Made by a program: the position numbers and the translations under genes. A DNA stretch of 64,000 nucleotides from an uncultured virus (IMG/VR IMGVR_UViG_2837229570_000001) (lineage: Duplodnaviria; Heunggongvirae; Uroviricota; Caudoviricetes): IMG/VR virus record IMGVR_UViG_2837229570_000001. One strand, given 5' to 3'. Positions 18,685 through 29,393 of this stretch are shown here, piece after piece (the stretch's first letter is position 1; the number at the start of each line of letters is the position of its first letter). The notes under the pieces were generated by a model. That model worked only from the letters and a program-made list of their open reading frames with translations. It made no database searches and had not been told where the DNA came from.

Positions 18685-19281
18685 TTAATCGGTCACGATA
18701 TACACGCCGCCCGCGTCATAGCCCATCTTGAACGCAACGGTATTGCCCTCGTCCAGATCGACCTTTTTATCGAACAGGGCCTTATGCGATGCGTCGCCCT
18801 CGTCATGTGCTTTGATGGCTGCCGTCAGAGCTGCCGTCGTCGCCAACGCCGATGCGTCGATGGTCACCCGCAGCGTGCCGCCGGTGTTGGCGAACTCCAA
18901 AAGCCCGTAGAATGTATAAACATAGTCGGGCACGCTTTCCTTGCTGGGGATTTCCACGCCTGCGGCGGTGTCCGTCTGAAACAGCGCGATCATCTTTTCC
19001 GCGCCGCTCCCCAGCTTTGCCCACACGCCAAATTGGTTCAGGGCATAGCCCAAGGTCTGCGGGGTCACCTGCAGTTGCAGCTTTTGCCCCTGCGCTGTCG
19101 TTTTGTTGGACAGGATGCTGGCCGCCTGCTTCTCGTCCACAAGCGCCGTCTGCGCCAGCATGGCCGTTTCGCTCACGCGGCCCGTTCCCGCCGCCGCGCG
19201 GGTTATGGTCAGCGTTTTGCCCGTCGTCCACTGTGCCAGCAGCTCGCTTCCGCTGTTGGTGATAACGCCTTTCCAAGCCAC
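18685..19281 (-). CDS. Tail fibre/collar N-terminal protein
   Basis: ITNSG..LLA..LTITRAAAGTG..GYALNQFGVWA. Confidence 0.7.
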   Translation of the reverse strand: MAWKGVITNSGSELLAQWTTGKTLTITRAAAGTGRVSETAMLAQTALVDEKQAASILSNKTTAQGQKLQLQVTPQTLGYALNQFGVWAKLGSGAEKMIALFQTDTAAGVEIPSKESVPDYVYTFYGLLEFANTGGTLRVTIDASALATTAALTAAIKAHDEGDASHKALFDKKVDLDEGNTVAFKMGYDAGGVYIVTD

Positions 19282-19295
19282 AGTATCATTCCTCC

Positions 19296-19889
19296 TTAAA
19301 ACTTTGCTGCGGTGCCGTAGTCAACGATGGACGCACCCGCAATGGCCGCCGTGCCGTATACCGTTGCGGTGCCGCCCGCGTCGTAATACTCCACTTCTTC
19401 AAGGTGGGCGCTGAATCGTTTGGCCGTGGCAAGCCTGCGTTCGATCTCCGCAAGGCTCATCATCTGAAACTTTTCCCGTTCCTCCACGGTGGTAATGTTC
19501 ACGCGCAGGCGGAATTTGCCGTGGGTGCTGCCGTACTCATACCATTCTTCCAGCGTCGTGCCCGGATAGATGGCATCGGCCTGCGTCTTTGCCGCGCCCA
19601 CGGTTCCCATCGTCCGGCGGATATTCAAAGCCGTTTTGACAATGCGCCGCTTCTGCTCAATGTCGTACTCGGTGTCGTACCAGTCGATTTTCCAGTTGAC
19701 GGCCAGCGCGTCAAGCACTTCCTCCGCCACAAGGTCGATGGCGGTATAGATTTGGCTGCCGTCGATGTAGTCCATCGTCTTTTTATGCAGCTCCGCTACG
19801 GCAAGAGAGAGCGCCATTGCCCACGGCTGTTCCCGAAGAACGCGGGGCAGGCCGTCCGCGATCTGCGCGTCTCGCAGGCTTTTAATCAT
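19296..19889 (-). CDS. Baseplate protein, P2 gpI-like
   Basis: VLDALA..W..DWYD..KR.IVK....GT..A..EWYEY. Confidence 0.8.
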   Translation of the reverse strand: MIKSLRDAQIADGLPRVLREQPWAMALSLAVAELHKKTMDYIDGSQIYTAIDLVAEEVLDALAVNWKIDWYDTEYDIEQKRRIVKTALNIRRTMGTVGAAKTQADAIYPGTTLEEWYEYGSTHGKFRLRVNITTVEEREKFQMMSLAEIERRLATAKRFSAHLEEVEYYDAGGTATVYGTAAIAGASIVDYGTAAKF

Positions 19890-21039
19890 CCTCCATCCCT
19901 CCATAGGTGGCGGTGACACCGGCGCACTTGGGCAGCTCCGTGTTCTGCACCGCCGCGTCCGCCGGTGCGGTCAGCTTCACCCGCTTGGCTCCGGCTTCCC
20001 GCAGGCGGGCGATCAGCTCCGTGGGGTTGATGTCCCGGCCCAGCTTCCGTTGCCATGTCTGGAAGTCCGTCACCGCCGCCGCGACACGGCTTTGAATCTC
20101 GCTGGCGCTGCGCTGGTCGCTCTCGGCAATCCAGTAGGTGAACGCGATGGAGTAATCTACCTCCGCCGGGGCAATGCAGGTCACATGATCGCACAGCGGG
20201 CGGATGGTTTCGTCGGACAGGTGGGCGGCCATTTCCGCCAGCTCCGTGCTGTTGGGGATGCGCAGCCCCTCCGCGTCCTCGATCACAAAGTAGATGTTTA
20301 CCTCGTCCGGCTCCGGCGTTGTGATGCGCACATCCGCTACATCGCCCCGCCACTCCCGGGCGTAGTATTCGTAGGCATCCCTCGGCCCCGCGCAGCTATA
20401 CACGCTGGGAGCCAGATAGATGCGCCGGGTCAGGCTGTCGTCGTCCTCTGCGTCAAGGCCGCCGGTGCTGGGTGTGGTATTGCTCACGCTGGCGATGTAA
20501 GGGATGGGGTCAACCAGCAGCTTGATACCACCGGCAAGGATGCCGTTGCTGCCCGCTCCGGCTTCCTCCGCCTGCACCACTACATCCGCATACTCCGCGC
20601 CCGGCGCGACTTCCGCGTATTCCAGCGTATTGAAATACTTCCCGTCCTCGGTCTTGACCCGCGTGCCCGCCGGGATGGGTACGGCATCGCTCCGGGCTTC
20701 CGACAGAGTGAACCGCACCGCCGCCGTGGCCTTGTTCGGTTCCTTGCGCGTCAGGCCCACCAGCGCGGCCAGCGCATCCAGCGCGTCGCCGGTGCTGGTT
20801 TTCAGCATTTCCATCCGGCCCTTTGCGTCGGCATATTGCATCGTCTGATACTCCATGGCGCAAAAGGCTTTTATCAGCAGGTTCACCGTGTCCGCGTCGC
20901 CGATCTCCGGGTCTTTCCCGGTCAACTCCCGGTAATACTTCGTGTAAAGCTCCCGCAGTTGATCTTCTGTTTCCTGCAGGGTCATGTTCTCGATGAAGCT
21001 CAATTCCGGGCAGTTCGCCAATTCACTGATATTAGACAA
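19882..21039 (-). CDS. Baseplate J-like protein
   Basis: G.ALDALA, GG.DAEDDDSL.RR, AGPRDAY and RPLCDHV motifs. Confidence 0.9.
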   Translation of the reverse strand: MSNISELANCPELSFIENMTLQETEDQLRELYTKYYRELTGKDPEIGDADTVNLLIKAFCAMEYQTMQYADAKGRMEMLKTSTGDALDALAALVGLTRKEPNKATAAVRFTLSEARSDAVPIPAGTRVKTEDGKYFNTLEYAEVAPGAEYADVVVQAEEAGAGSNGILAGGIKLLVDPIPYIASVSNTTPSTGGLDAEDDDSLTRRIYLAPSVYSCAGPRDAYEYYAREWRGDVADVRITTPEPDEVNIYFVIEDAEGLRIPNSTELAEMAAHLSDETIRPLCDHVTCIAPAEVDYSIAFTYWIAESDQRSASEIQSRVAAAVTDFQTWQRKLGRDINPTELIARLREAGAKRVKLTAPADAAVQNTELPKCAGVTATYGGMEDD

Positions 21040-21346
21040 GCTCGATCACCACCTTTGGGGTCATAGTTCCGTCCTGCGATTGTCCCGCAGTCCACTCCAC
21101 GCGGGCAACGCTTGCCCGCGGCTCATATCGTTCTGTCTTTCGCACATACTCCGCCACCAGCAGCACTTTCGCGTTTTCCTGCGGGTGGTCGAGGATGCTT
21201 GCGTCAATACCGAAATCCCGGTCTAACGCCTGTTCTCCGGCCACGGTGTTATAAAGCACCTGCAGATTGCGGTAGACTTCTTTTGCCGTGCTGTCAAGCG
21301 CCGTGCCCGCCTCGATCTCAATGATCGGGTCTTTGATCGTTACCAT
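21032..21346 (-). CDS. Baseplate wedge gp25/gpW-like
   Basis: GEQALDRDFG..RYEPRA. Confidence 0.8.
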   Translation of the reverse strand: MVTIKDPIIEIEAGTALDSTAKEVYRNLQVLYNTVAGEQALDRDFGIDASILDHPQENAKVLLVAEYVRKTERYEPRASVARVEWTAGQSQDGTMTPKVVIELV

Positions 21347-21356
21347 GGCCGCCTCC

Positions 21357-21758
21357 TTACAGATATTCTTCGATGTTCAGGCTCACCTTGCACTCGACCA
21401 GCGCCCCGCCGGAGATCACTGCGTCCCACGAATCACTGACGCTTACCAGCTTAAACGGATAGGGGGATAGCGGCGCGCTGCCGATGATGAACCAATCGAC
21501 ATATCCGTTTTCCGCCGCCATCTGAAGATGCCGCAGCGTACTCCGTGGATTCACGCCATCCTGCGCCCGCAAGAGAATATCAAACTGATAGCTTTTCAGC
21601 TTCGGGGCCACAAACTGGCTCCGGCTTTTTCTGCCGATCACATCATGCACAGCCCACTCGCCGCCTGTACTTCCTTTCAGGCCGGAGGGTGTCAAGATGC
21701 GCCGATTGCTCACGGTGAAAACCATTCCCAAATAGCTGCCTAATGCCAATCCATTCAC
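21357..21758 (-). CDS. Tail protein, P2 gpU-like
   Basis: WAVHDVIGRK..QFVAP..L.IEEY. Confidence 0.75.
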   Translation of the reverse strand: MNGLALGSYLGMVFTVSNRRILTPSGLKGSTGGEWAVHDVIGRKSRSQFVAPKLKSYQFDILLRAQDGVNPRSTLRHLQMAAENGYVDWFIIGSAPLSPYPFKLVSVSDSWDAVISGGALVECKVSLNIEEYL

Positions 21759-21764
21759 CCCCTG

Positions 21765-22649
21765 TTACGGCTTCGGCGCGCTGGTGTCAGCGCCCAAGTT
21801 GCCCGTGTGCTTGTGCTTCGTCAGCTTAATGCTGCCGATCTCAACCTCGCCTGACGCGCCCTTGATATTGACCTCCGGGGCCTCCATGCTGACTTTGGTT
21901 GGGCTGGTGATGCTCACATCCCCCGCCGCGCTGATCGTCACGGTTGCGCCGTTGATGGTCAGGGTCACATCCCCGGTCACGGTTTTTTCCACCTTGCCGG
22001 TCACGGTTTCCTTGATGTCGCCCTCATAGATGCGCTCCACCTTGGCCTTGTAGGTTTCCTTGTCGTCGCCGGTGACAGAAAGCGCCCGCTTCCCGCCCAC
22101 CGCCTCGCTTATGGAGCCGTTGGCTTCCAGACTGATAAAGCCGCCCGCCTCCATGGTGATGTTGGTTCCTGCGATGATGCCCACGCCTGTTTTGGCGGTG
22201 ACGCTGGCGCTGGCCCCGGTACTTTTGAGCTGGATTTGACCGCCCGCAATAAAGCTCGCCGCGCCCTTTGCCTCGTCGTATATTTCGCCGTTGCAGTTTC
22301 GCCCGGTTCGCTTGTCCACATACTGCGTAAAAACGCCCGTGTTCTCGTCGTAGCGGTCATACGCCTGCCCTTTGGTATTGCTGTATTCCTTGCGGTACAG
22401 CCCCCGGTAGCCCTCCGCCGGTTTGTTGGTCTTGTTCCAGACCGTGCCGGTGGTCGTGGCCGCCACTGTGCCGTTGCTGTTGTGGCTCACGCTGACGATC
22501 TGCCCAATCACCGGCATTTTATATTCGCCGTTGGACATGGCGTTGATCTGCCGGGTCACGCTCTTGCCGCGATCAAAGTAGGTGACTTCATAGGTTCCGG
22601 CCTTATAGTCAATGGCGCTCACGCGCCCTGTTCTGTTGGTCGATGCCAT
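21765..22649 (-). CDS. Baseplate spike, gpV-like
   Basis: R.GRVSAID..MPVIGQ.V, beta-helix repeats, C-terminal HKH..TSAP. Confidence 0.8.
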   Translation of the reverse strand: MASTNRTGRVSAIDYKAGTYEVTYFDRGKSVTRQINAMSNGEYKMPVIGQIVSVSHNSNGTVAATTTGTVWNKTNKPAEGYRGLYRKEYSNTKGQAYDRYDENTGVFTQYVDKRTGRNCNGEIYDEAKGAASFIAGGQIQLKSTGASASVTAKTGVGIIAGTNITMEAGGFISLEANGSISEAVGGKRALSVTGDDKETYKAKVERIYEGDIKETVTGKVEKTVTGDVTLTINGATVTISAAGDVSITSPTKVSMEAPEVNIKGASGEVEIGSIKLTKHKHTGNLGADTSAPKP

Positions 22650-22659
22650 GGCTGCCTCC

Positions 22660-24360
22660 TTACCTTGTCCCGTTCCCGGCGCTGCCTCCGCCGCAATAAC
22701 TGGCAGGCACCCAGCCGGTCACATTCTGCCCCACAGGCAGCTTCCCGCACCGGGCGGCGCTGTTGGTAATGCGATACCGCCCGTTTATCAGGATGCCGTC
22801 ATAGAAGTAATAAGTGCCGCTCTTTGTGCCCGCCTTGTTGGTCGCGGTGCTGGAAACATAGAGCGGGGCTTTGTTCAGTGTGACCGCCGCCCCGGCAACA
22901 GCACCCGCCGCCGCGCTGGCGGCATTTGCCGCCGGGCTGGTGGTTTCATAGGTGCTGCTGTAATTCTCCTTGCTTTCCGCCGCCGTTTTCTGATATTCGA
23001 TCTTGCCGCCCACATCCCAGTGATGGAATCCCGGACGCACGGCGCTGGCCTCGATCTGCGTTTCATATCCGCCTCGGCTGACCTTGTGGGTCACTTTGTC
23101 CACAAAGTATTTCCCGTTCAGCCCGCCGTTTTCCCCGTCTCCGTAGCCGGTCAGGAGAATGTTCATGGCTGCGCTGATGTGCCACGCGCCCGGCATGGTG
23201 AATCTGATCTTGATTTGCCCGTGGTTGGCGTTGTTGATCTCGGCGCAGAGCTGCACGCTCGCATCGTAGACGCTGGAAGCCCTGCGGTTCACGCTCTTGG
23301 TGTGGGTGCCGCCGCCGACGCTGCAGGAAATATCGCAGTCCTTGTCCGGGTCGGTGTAGTCGAAATATCCGCCGGTGTAGGTGCCAAACAGCGTCGTTCG
23401 ATACGAAAAGCTGCCCGGCTTGATCTGCGTGCGGTCAACGGTGACGGCAGCCCGCTTTTCCTTGTAGCGCTCCCGGTCATATATCCACAGCCGGGATGCG
23501 TAAACTTTCAAGATCAGGCCGTAATTCTTGCACAGCTCATTGAGATAGCTGCTGTCGGTGCCGTCCTGTTCGTCGCTTTCGATGTCGTAGTCGTCGGCAT
23601 CGAAAGCGAATTGCAGGCCGTACCGGGCGGCTATGGTGCTGGCTATGCGCTTAATGGATGTGTTTTTCCACACATATTCCCGCTCCAACTCCGAGAAATC
23701 GGTGTTGCTGGGCTTGCTCACGCCGCCGATCTGCAAAGTTGTCGGCGCGTCCGAAAACGAGATGTCGTCCAGTACGAACAGCCCGCAGTGGATGGCGCGT
23801 GTGTCCCCGGTGCTGTCCCAGTCCCGCCCGACGATGCGTGGAGAAAGGGTAGCCCCCTTGTTTGGCATCCAGCCCCGCAGCCACTTTCCATCCTGCGCAT
23901 CCAGCGTAATGTCTACGCTGTCGCTGTTGTCTGCCGCGCTGTCAACATAGGTCAGGCTCTCCACATACTCCGCGATGTCGGTGCCGGTTTTCTTTGCGGC
24001 AGCGGTCTTGCTCTCTGCCGCACCAGCAGAGGTAATGCCTTTGCAGTCAGCATCGTTTACCCACCCGGTCACATTCTGTCCGACAGGCTTTTTACCCACC
24101 CGCGACAAAAGGTTGGTGATCCTGCGTCTGCCGTTGATCACAGCGCTGTCGTAGAGATAGTACACGCCCGTTTTGTGGGCAGACGGCTTATTGGTAGTGC
24201 TGGACGCATACAGCGGCGCATTGTTCAGCGTCACCGTCTGCCCGGCCACTGTCGCCGTGCCCTGCGCTGCCGCCTGCGTCGAACCGCTCTGTGCCGCCGC
24301 CTGCGCTAAATTGGCGTTGATGTAGAAAACTTCCAGAGATACGCTTCTGCCTTTCCTCAT
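22660..24360 (-). CDS. Baseplate hub/late control gpD-like protein with two extra domains
   Basis: LTYVDSA..SDSV, CGLFVLD and LNGKYFVDKVTH motifs; duplicated ..RRITN..VTGWV domain. Confidence 0.8.
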   Translation of the reverse strand: MRKGRSVSLEVFYINANLAQAAAQSGSTQAAAQGTATVAGQTVTLNNAPLYASSTTNKPSAHKTGVYYLYDSAVINGRRRITNLLSRVGKKPVGQNVTGWVNDADCKGITSAGAAESKTAAAKKTGTDIAEYVESLTYVDSAADNSDSVDITLDAQDGKWLRGWMPNKGATLSPRIVGRDWDSTGDTRAIHCGLFVLDDISFSDAPTTLQIGGVSKPSNTDFSELEREYVWKNTSIKRIASTIAARYGLQFAFDADDYDIESDEQDGTDSSYLNELCKNYGLILKVYASRLWIYDRERYKEKRAAVTVDRTQIKPGSFSYRTTLFGTYTGGYFDYTDPDKDCDISCSVGGGTHTKSVNRRASSVYDASVQLCAEINNANHGQIKIRFTMPGAWHISAAMNILLTGYGDGENGGLNGKYFVDKVTHKVSRGGYETQIEASAVRPGFHHWDVGGKIEYQKTAAESKENYSSTYETTSPAANAASAAAGAVAGAAVTLNKAPLYVSSTATNKAGTKSGTYYFYDGILINGRYRITNSAARCGKLPVGQNVTGWVPASYCGGGSAGNGTR

Positions 24361-24566
24361 AAGCTCGCCTCAAACTTCCATGGGGGCTGCAGTCCGTCCC
24401 GTTCTTCTTCCAGTTCCGGGGTGGCAAGCACCACCCCGGAGCCAAAGATGAATGTGTCGATGTGCTGCGGATTCGCGGCCATAAGCACATCCGCGTGGTA
24501 TTCGTCCCCGTATACTTCCTTGGCGATCATGTCCCATGTATCGCCGCTCTTGGTCGTGTATGCCAT
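24357..24566 (-). CDS. Tail protein X (LysM-like)
   Basis: YTTKSGDTWDMIA..YG..LMAANP..PPWK. Confidence 0.85.
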   Translation of the reverse strand: MAYTTKSGDTWDMIAKEVYGDEYHADVLMAANPQHIDTFIFGSGVVLATPELEEERDGLQPPWKFEASL

Positions 24567-24578
24567 AGCTGCCTCCCG

Positions 24579-27500
24579 TCAATAGGCCGTCCGCATCCTG
24601 CGGTGCTGCATCTGCTCATACCATTCCTCAAACTGGCTGCGCATTTCCGCGATGGCCTGCTCCATGACAGAGGCATCCGCATTGCCCTGAATGATGATCT
24701 GCGGCGCAAAGGTCATGCTCTCGCCGCCGGGGTATGCGCCCCAGCCCTGATCGTCCCGCTCGATCTCGTCCAGCTTCACAGCGTTCACGCCCAGCATACG
24801 GCCCGCCTGCTCCCACAGGGAGATATTGCGCGCCCGCTCGCTGGATTTGAAGCTGATAACCGCCTCGCGCCCGGCTTCGCCCGCGATACTCGGCCCGGCA
24901 GTAAAGCCGCCCCGGGCAAGCATGGGGATTTCCGGGATATTGATGGAGAACGATTTGCCGCCGATCAGCGGCACCCAGTCCGGGATAGTCAAGCCCAGCT
25001 TATTGATGCCGGAAATAGCGGAGTTGATAAGGGAGATCACCGCGTTAATGGGAGTTTTGCACAGCGTCACCAGCGCGTCGAAAGCGTTGCCGAACACCTG
25101 CTTGATGCCGTCCCACGCCTGCTGCCAGTTGCCCGTGAACACGCCGGTGATAAAGGAGATCAGGCCGTCAAAGATGCCCTTGATATTCGCCATAAGGGCG
25201 CTGATGCCCTGTGCGAATACCGAGAACGCGGACAGCACTGCCGGGATGGCGACGCTGCCGATGTTGAGGATGATCTGGATGATAGCCTCGATGATGGGCA
25301 TGGCCGTCTGAATGGCAGAGCCAATGAGCTGCATCCCGGTCATAACCGCAGAGCCGATGCCGGAAATAATGCTGGCGATGGTCGGTGCCGCCGACGCGAA
25401 CATGGTCACGATGGTGGGCAGCACGGTTTGTGTGATGAATGTAAACGCCCGCTCAATGATGGGCTGTACGGTGTTTACCGAGAAAGAAACGAGCTGGCCG
25501 ACAACGCCCATGACGGACTGGATGATCTGCACCACGCCGTCAAAGGCGGCAAGGCCATTCTCCTGCCCGCCGAAGATGGTAGACAGCAATCCGCCCTTGC
25601 CCAGCGCCCCGGAAAACATTTCCCGCAGCGGTGCCAGCGCGTTTGCCACGCCGCCCTCTTGGAACAGCCCGGATATGAACTGACCAACGCCCTTGATCTT
25701 GTCGGTGAATGTGTCGAATATCACAAGGCCCTTTTCCCCGAACACATTGCCGACGATGCCCCGTATATCTTCCAGATGGTCGCCGAGGATGCTTACCACG
25801 GCAATGATGCCGCTGATCGCGCCCACCACGGGAGCCGCGCCCGCAAGCAGGCTTCCGAAGCCTCCCGCGATAGGCCCCCAGATGCTTCCCATCAAACCGG
25901 CACTGCCGCGCAGCAATCCGCCCGCCAGTTGCCCGCCTTTGGAATTGGCGAGGATATTGCCGTTGATGATGGCGCTCGCGCCGATGCCAGCGATACCCTT
26001 GCGGAGCGGAAGCGTCGCCGCGCTCAAAAGGCCGCCGATGCCGCTCTTGGCTGCCGCCGCCTTGCCGCCGATGAACCCGCCAGCTTTGTTCAGCAGCCCG
26101 CCCAAGAACTGTCCCGGTTTCGTGCCTCCGATCACGCTGCCCAGATTGCCCAAAGACGACCCGATGCCGCCGAGGTATTGTCCCGCTCGCGTGCCACCCA
26201 GAATACTTCCGATACTCTGATAGCCCGAAAGCAGCCCCGGTGTACCCGCCGCCGTTTGAAGCAGGCCGGTAGTGCCACGGAGGCCATTGCCGGAAATCAG
26301 GCTGGACAGCGTAGCGCCCAGTGTGGCCCGCAGGCCATTACTGCCCGCCGCGCCGGAGAAAGCGGAGATCGCTCCCGCTCCTGCCGCCGCCGCGCTCTGC
26401 CCGCCGGTAAAGAGGTTTTTCACACCGCCCAGCAGGCCGCCCAGCTTCCGCCCCTTTTCCTGCCCGGCACCGCCCGCAAACAGGCTTCCCATGCCGCCTT
26501 TGCCGGTCAACAGGGTTCCGATGCCGCGCGCCGCGCCCTCGATCTGCGGGGCGAATTTCATGCCGAGGAAAGCCGCGCCGATACCCTCAATGACCTTGAT
26601 TACCTTGTCGCCGTTGTTGACCAGATAATCAAGCGCCTGCTGGATGTAGGGCATGGCGGTTTTCAGCGCTTCTCCCGCCGATGCCACCCCGTTTGAAAGC
26701 AGCTTTGCCGCCGAGGTCGCCAGCGCGGTAAGCTCCGGCATATTCTTCCGTAGTCCGTTCATCGTGTCGATCATCATAAGAGAGAACTCTTTTTTGACCG
26801 GCAGGAATTGCGTTCCGATGTCGATTTTCAAAGCATCAAAGGAGTTTTTCATCATCGTGTCGATAGCGTCGCTGGTGCTCGCCTTGATGATAAATTCTCG
26901 CTCCATGCTGCCGCCGTAAAGGGCGGGGTCGGACACCATTTTCAGCGCGTCCGTAAATGTGGATAGGTTGCCGGTCAGCTTGGCCGCGCCCTTGATGGCC
27001 CACTGTCCAAACAGGGTATTCAAGGTCGCTACCTGCCGGGAAGCATCCATGTTGCCGATTCTTTCCAGCACATCCAGCATCGTGCCGGTCGCATCGGTCT
27101 GCATGGCCCTTGCCACGCCGGAGGCGGTAAGCCCCAGCTCCGCCCATGCCTCTTTCTGCTTTTTGGTGGCGCTCTCGCCCTTGGACATATTGACCAGCAT
27201 ACGGCTGATGCTGGTGCTTGCCACGCTGGAATCAACGCCCATCGCCAGCATAGCGTCTGCCAGCGCTGCGGTGGATGCTGCGTCCATGCCTGCGATGTCG
27301 CCGAGGGATGCCGCGCTGTTCACGACTTCGGCGATCTCCGCCGCCGTGGTAGCGCTGTTCGCGCCTAAGTAGTTGATCTGGTCAAACAGCACCATGACCT
27401 GCTCATGGGTCATGTTCAGAGATTTTTCCCATTTGGCCGCCCAGTTACCGGCCTGATCTGCGGTGATGTCCATAGCCGTGCCGACCATGGCAACATCTTT

Positions 27501-27989
27501 CAGGAAACCGCCGATATTGCCGTTGCTGTCATAGGCAATCAGATCGCTCATACTCTTGCCGGACTGACCGGCGGCAGCGGCCAGCTTGGTTAAGTCCTCC
27601 GCCGTCATGGGAATTTGGGTGGAGAGGTCAAGCAGGGCATTGGACATTTCTTTGTAGTTCTGCTGGAATGTCCGCCCGTTTCCGCCGTCCGCAGCGCCCC
27701 AAATGTTGTTGCTGATCTTGCCGGTTTTGTCGGCGAGGCCGTCAACATATTTGACAACATCGGCCATGCTTTTCTCGAAGCTCTCCGCCTCTTTTGTGCA
27801 TTTGCCCAGCGCAACAACAGTTCCCGCCGCCAGCGCGCCCATCGCCGCAAGGCCAACCGTGCCCATGCGGCTCATATTCTGGGAAAGGCTGCTGATCTGT
27901 CCATTTGCCGAGCTGATGGCCGCCGTCAGGCTCTTGTCCATGTGCCCGGCAATCCAGATGCTTAATTTTAGCGTTTTATCGCCCGCCAT
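24579..27989 (-). CDS. Tape measure protein
   Basis: 1136 aa, Ala/Gly-rich; FE.SMADV.K, IP.LARGG and GEAGREAVI motifs. Confidence 0.92.
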   Translation of the reverse strand: MAGDKTLKLSIWIAGHMDKSLTAAISSANGQISSLSQNMSRMGTVGLAAMGALAAGTVVALGKCTKEAESFEKSMADVVKYVDGLADKTGKISNNIWGAADGGNGRTFQQNYKEMSNALLDLSTQIPMTAEDLTKLAAAAGQSGKSMSDLIAYDSNGNIGGFLKDVAMVGTAMDITADQAGNWAAKWEKSLNMTHEQVMVLFDQINYLGANSATTAAEIAEVVNSAASLGDIAGMDAASTAALADAMLAMGVDSSVASTSISRMLVNMSKGESATKKQKEAWAELGLTASGVARAMQTDATGTMLDVLERIGNMDASRQVATLNTLFGQWAIKGAAKLTGNLSTFTDALKMVSDPALYGGSMEREFIIKASTSDAIDTMMKNSFDALKIDIGTQFLPVKKEFSLMMIDTMNGLRKNMPELTALATSAAKLLSNGVASAGEALKTAMPYIQQALDYLVNNGDKVIKVIEGIGAAFLGMKFAPQIEGAARGIGTLLTGKGGMGSLFAGGAGQEKGRKLGGLLGGVKNLFTGGQSAAAAGAGAISAFSGAAGSNGLRATLGATLSSLISGNGLRGTTGLLQTAAGTPGLLSGYQSIGSILGGTRAGQYLGGIGSSLGNLGSVIGGTKPGQFLGGLLNKAGGFIGGKAAAAKSGIGGLLSAATLPLRKGIAGIGASAIINGNILANSKGGQLAGGLLRGSAGLMGSIWGPIAGGFGSLLAGAAPVVGAISGIIAVVSILGDHLEDIRGIVGNVFGEKGLVIFDTFTDKIKGVGQFISGLFQEGGVANALAPLREMFSGALGKGGLLSTIFGGQENGLAAFDGVVQIIQSVMGVVGQLVSFSVNTVQPIIERAFTFITQTVLPTIVTMFASAAPTIASIISGIGSAVMTGMQLIGSAIQTAMPIIEAIIQIILNIGSVAIPAVLSAFSVFAQGISALMANIKGIFDGLISFITGVFTGNWQQAWDGIKQVFGNAFDALVTLCKTPINAVISLINSAISGINKLGLTIPDWVPLIGGKSFSINIPEIPMLARGGFTAGPSIAGEAGREAVISFKSSERARNISLWEQAGRMLGVNAVKLDEIERDDQGWGAYPGGESMTFAPQIIIQGNADASVMEQAIAEMRSQFEEWYEQMQHRRMRTAY

Positions 27990-28776
27990 TCGTCTGCCAC
28001 CTCACTGTTCAGCGCAATAAACTCATGGATGGGCAATTTCAAGTAAAAGTCCACGCCTGTTCTGGTCACGGCGGAAAGCCTGATCGCTGCTTTCCGCAGC
28101 GCCTTGGCCCCGCCTTTTACTCGAAAAAACCCGCGTCGTTTACCGCGTTCTTGACTTTGAGCACTTCATCCAAAGGCAGGCCGGTGAAAAATTCCTCCGG
28201 CAGCCCCGTTGCCATGCTCGCCAGCTCACAGGCAAACAGGTAGTTGAAAGCGGTATCTGTCACCATGAAGCCCGCCCGCACAATGCGGTTTTCCGCCTCG
28301 CTTTCGTGCAGGCTGTTCAGGTCGGCAATACCATTCAGGTCAACTTCGGTATAGGTCTTGCCCTTGAACTGATACGGCTGGTTCAGCTTCATCACATGGT
28401 TGATCGTCATGCCGTCGTCTGCCCGGATGAACGCCATCACGGTTCCCGTCACCCGTCTGCTCACCCGGCGCGGTGCCAGCTTGAAGAACTCAACGGGCAG
28501 CCCCGTGGCACGGACAGCCAGCTTGCGGGCAAACGCGGTAGTGGTTTCGCAAAGCAGCGAGGCCGCTACCTCCTGCTCGTTGAAAAGCTCCCGCTGCGCG
28601 TCCACCGCGTCCTGAATGGTCAGCTCTTTCAGCCGCCCCATGTCGATCTCGCTGTATTCCTTGCCCTCAAAGAGATAGGGAGTGTTCAGCGTGATAACGC
28701 CCTCCCGCTCCGTCGCAGTCTGCTCCGCCTCGGCGGCGATGTTTTCAGCCGCTTCCACTTTCTTTTCCTGTGCCAT
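27968..28776 (-). CDS. Tail assembly chaperone (28117-28776) with a predicted -1 frameshift extension to 27968
   Basis: GGT TTT TTC GAG TAA at 28117-28131. The -1 frame stays open: RVKGGAKALRKAAIRLS..DFYLKLP..EWRAIKR*. Confidence 0.75.
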
Positions 28777-28850
28777 TGTTAGGCTCCTTTCTGTGTGATT
28801 TTCGATATATGGAAAATAGCCCGCCCCCAAATTGGAGGCGGGCTTTCGCA

Positions 28851-29375
28851 TCAGATCAGGCTTTTCACGCCTGCCAGCATATCCACGCCGTTGACCTTGT
28901 AAACGCCGTTCAGCTTATCGACTTCGAGAAGCTGGTTGCCGTCCACTTCGATCATCAGGTAGGTAAGCTCGATGGTAACGGTCGCTTCCATCGCCTCGCC
29001 CTTTTCCACCTTGCCGGGGTTCAGCTTTTTCACGCGGCCCATTTCCACCACGCGCAGGCCCTTAAAGGCATAGCCGCCGGTCTTATCGTAGACCTGCTGG
29101 GCGGCGCGGAAAGTCAGATTGACCACAGACAGGGGGTTGAGCATATCCATGGCGGAGGAATACAGCGTGTTGAACTGGATTTCCTGCTCCATGCTCTCAA
29201 ACTGTCCAATGGTGGGGCTGTCCAGCTCGCCGTTGACACCCACGCCGGAAACGGTGCTGGTTTTCATGTTGACCTCCGGCAGCGTGGCGGAAGCGGCCAC
29301 GCCGATCATCTTCGTGCCGTCGAGGTAAACATTGTAGTCGTTGATCTTTTCGGGGATGTAGTTATTGGAAATCAT
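28851..29375 (-). CDS. Major tail tube protein
   Basis: LP......G.G..GELD.P..G..ESME; EVDKLN..YKVNGVD. Confidence 0.9.
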   Translation of the reverse strand: MISNNYIPEKINDYNVYLDGTKMIGVAASATLPEVNMKTSTVSGVGVNGELDSPTIGQFESMEQEIQFNTLYSSAMDMLNPLSVVNLTFRAAQQVYDKTGGYAFKGLRVVEMGRVKKLNPGKVEKGEAMEATVTIELTYLMIEVDGNQLLEVDKLNGVYKVNGVDMLAGVKSLI

Positions 29376-29393
29376 GGTCTGTTACCTCCCTTG

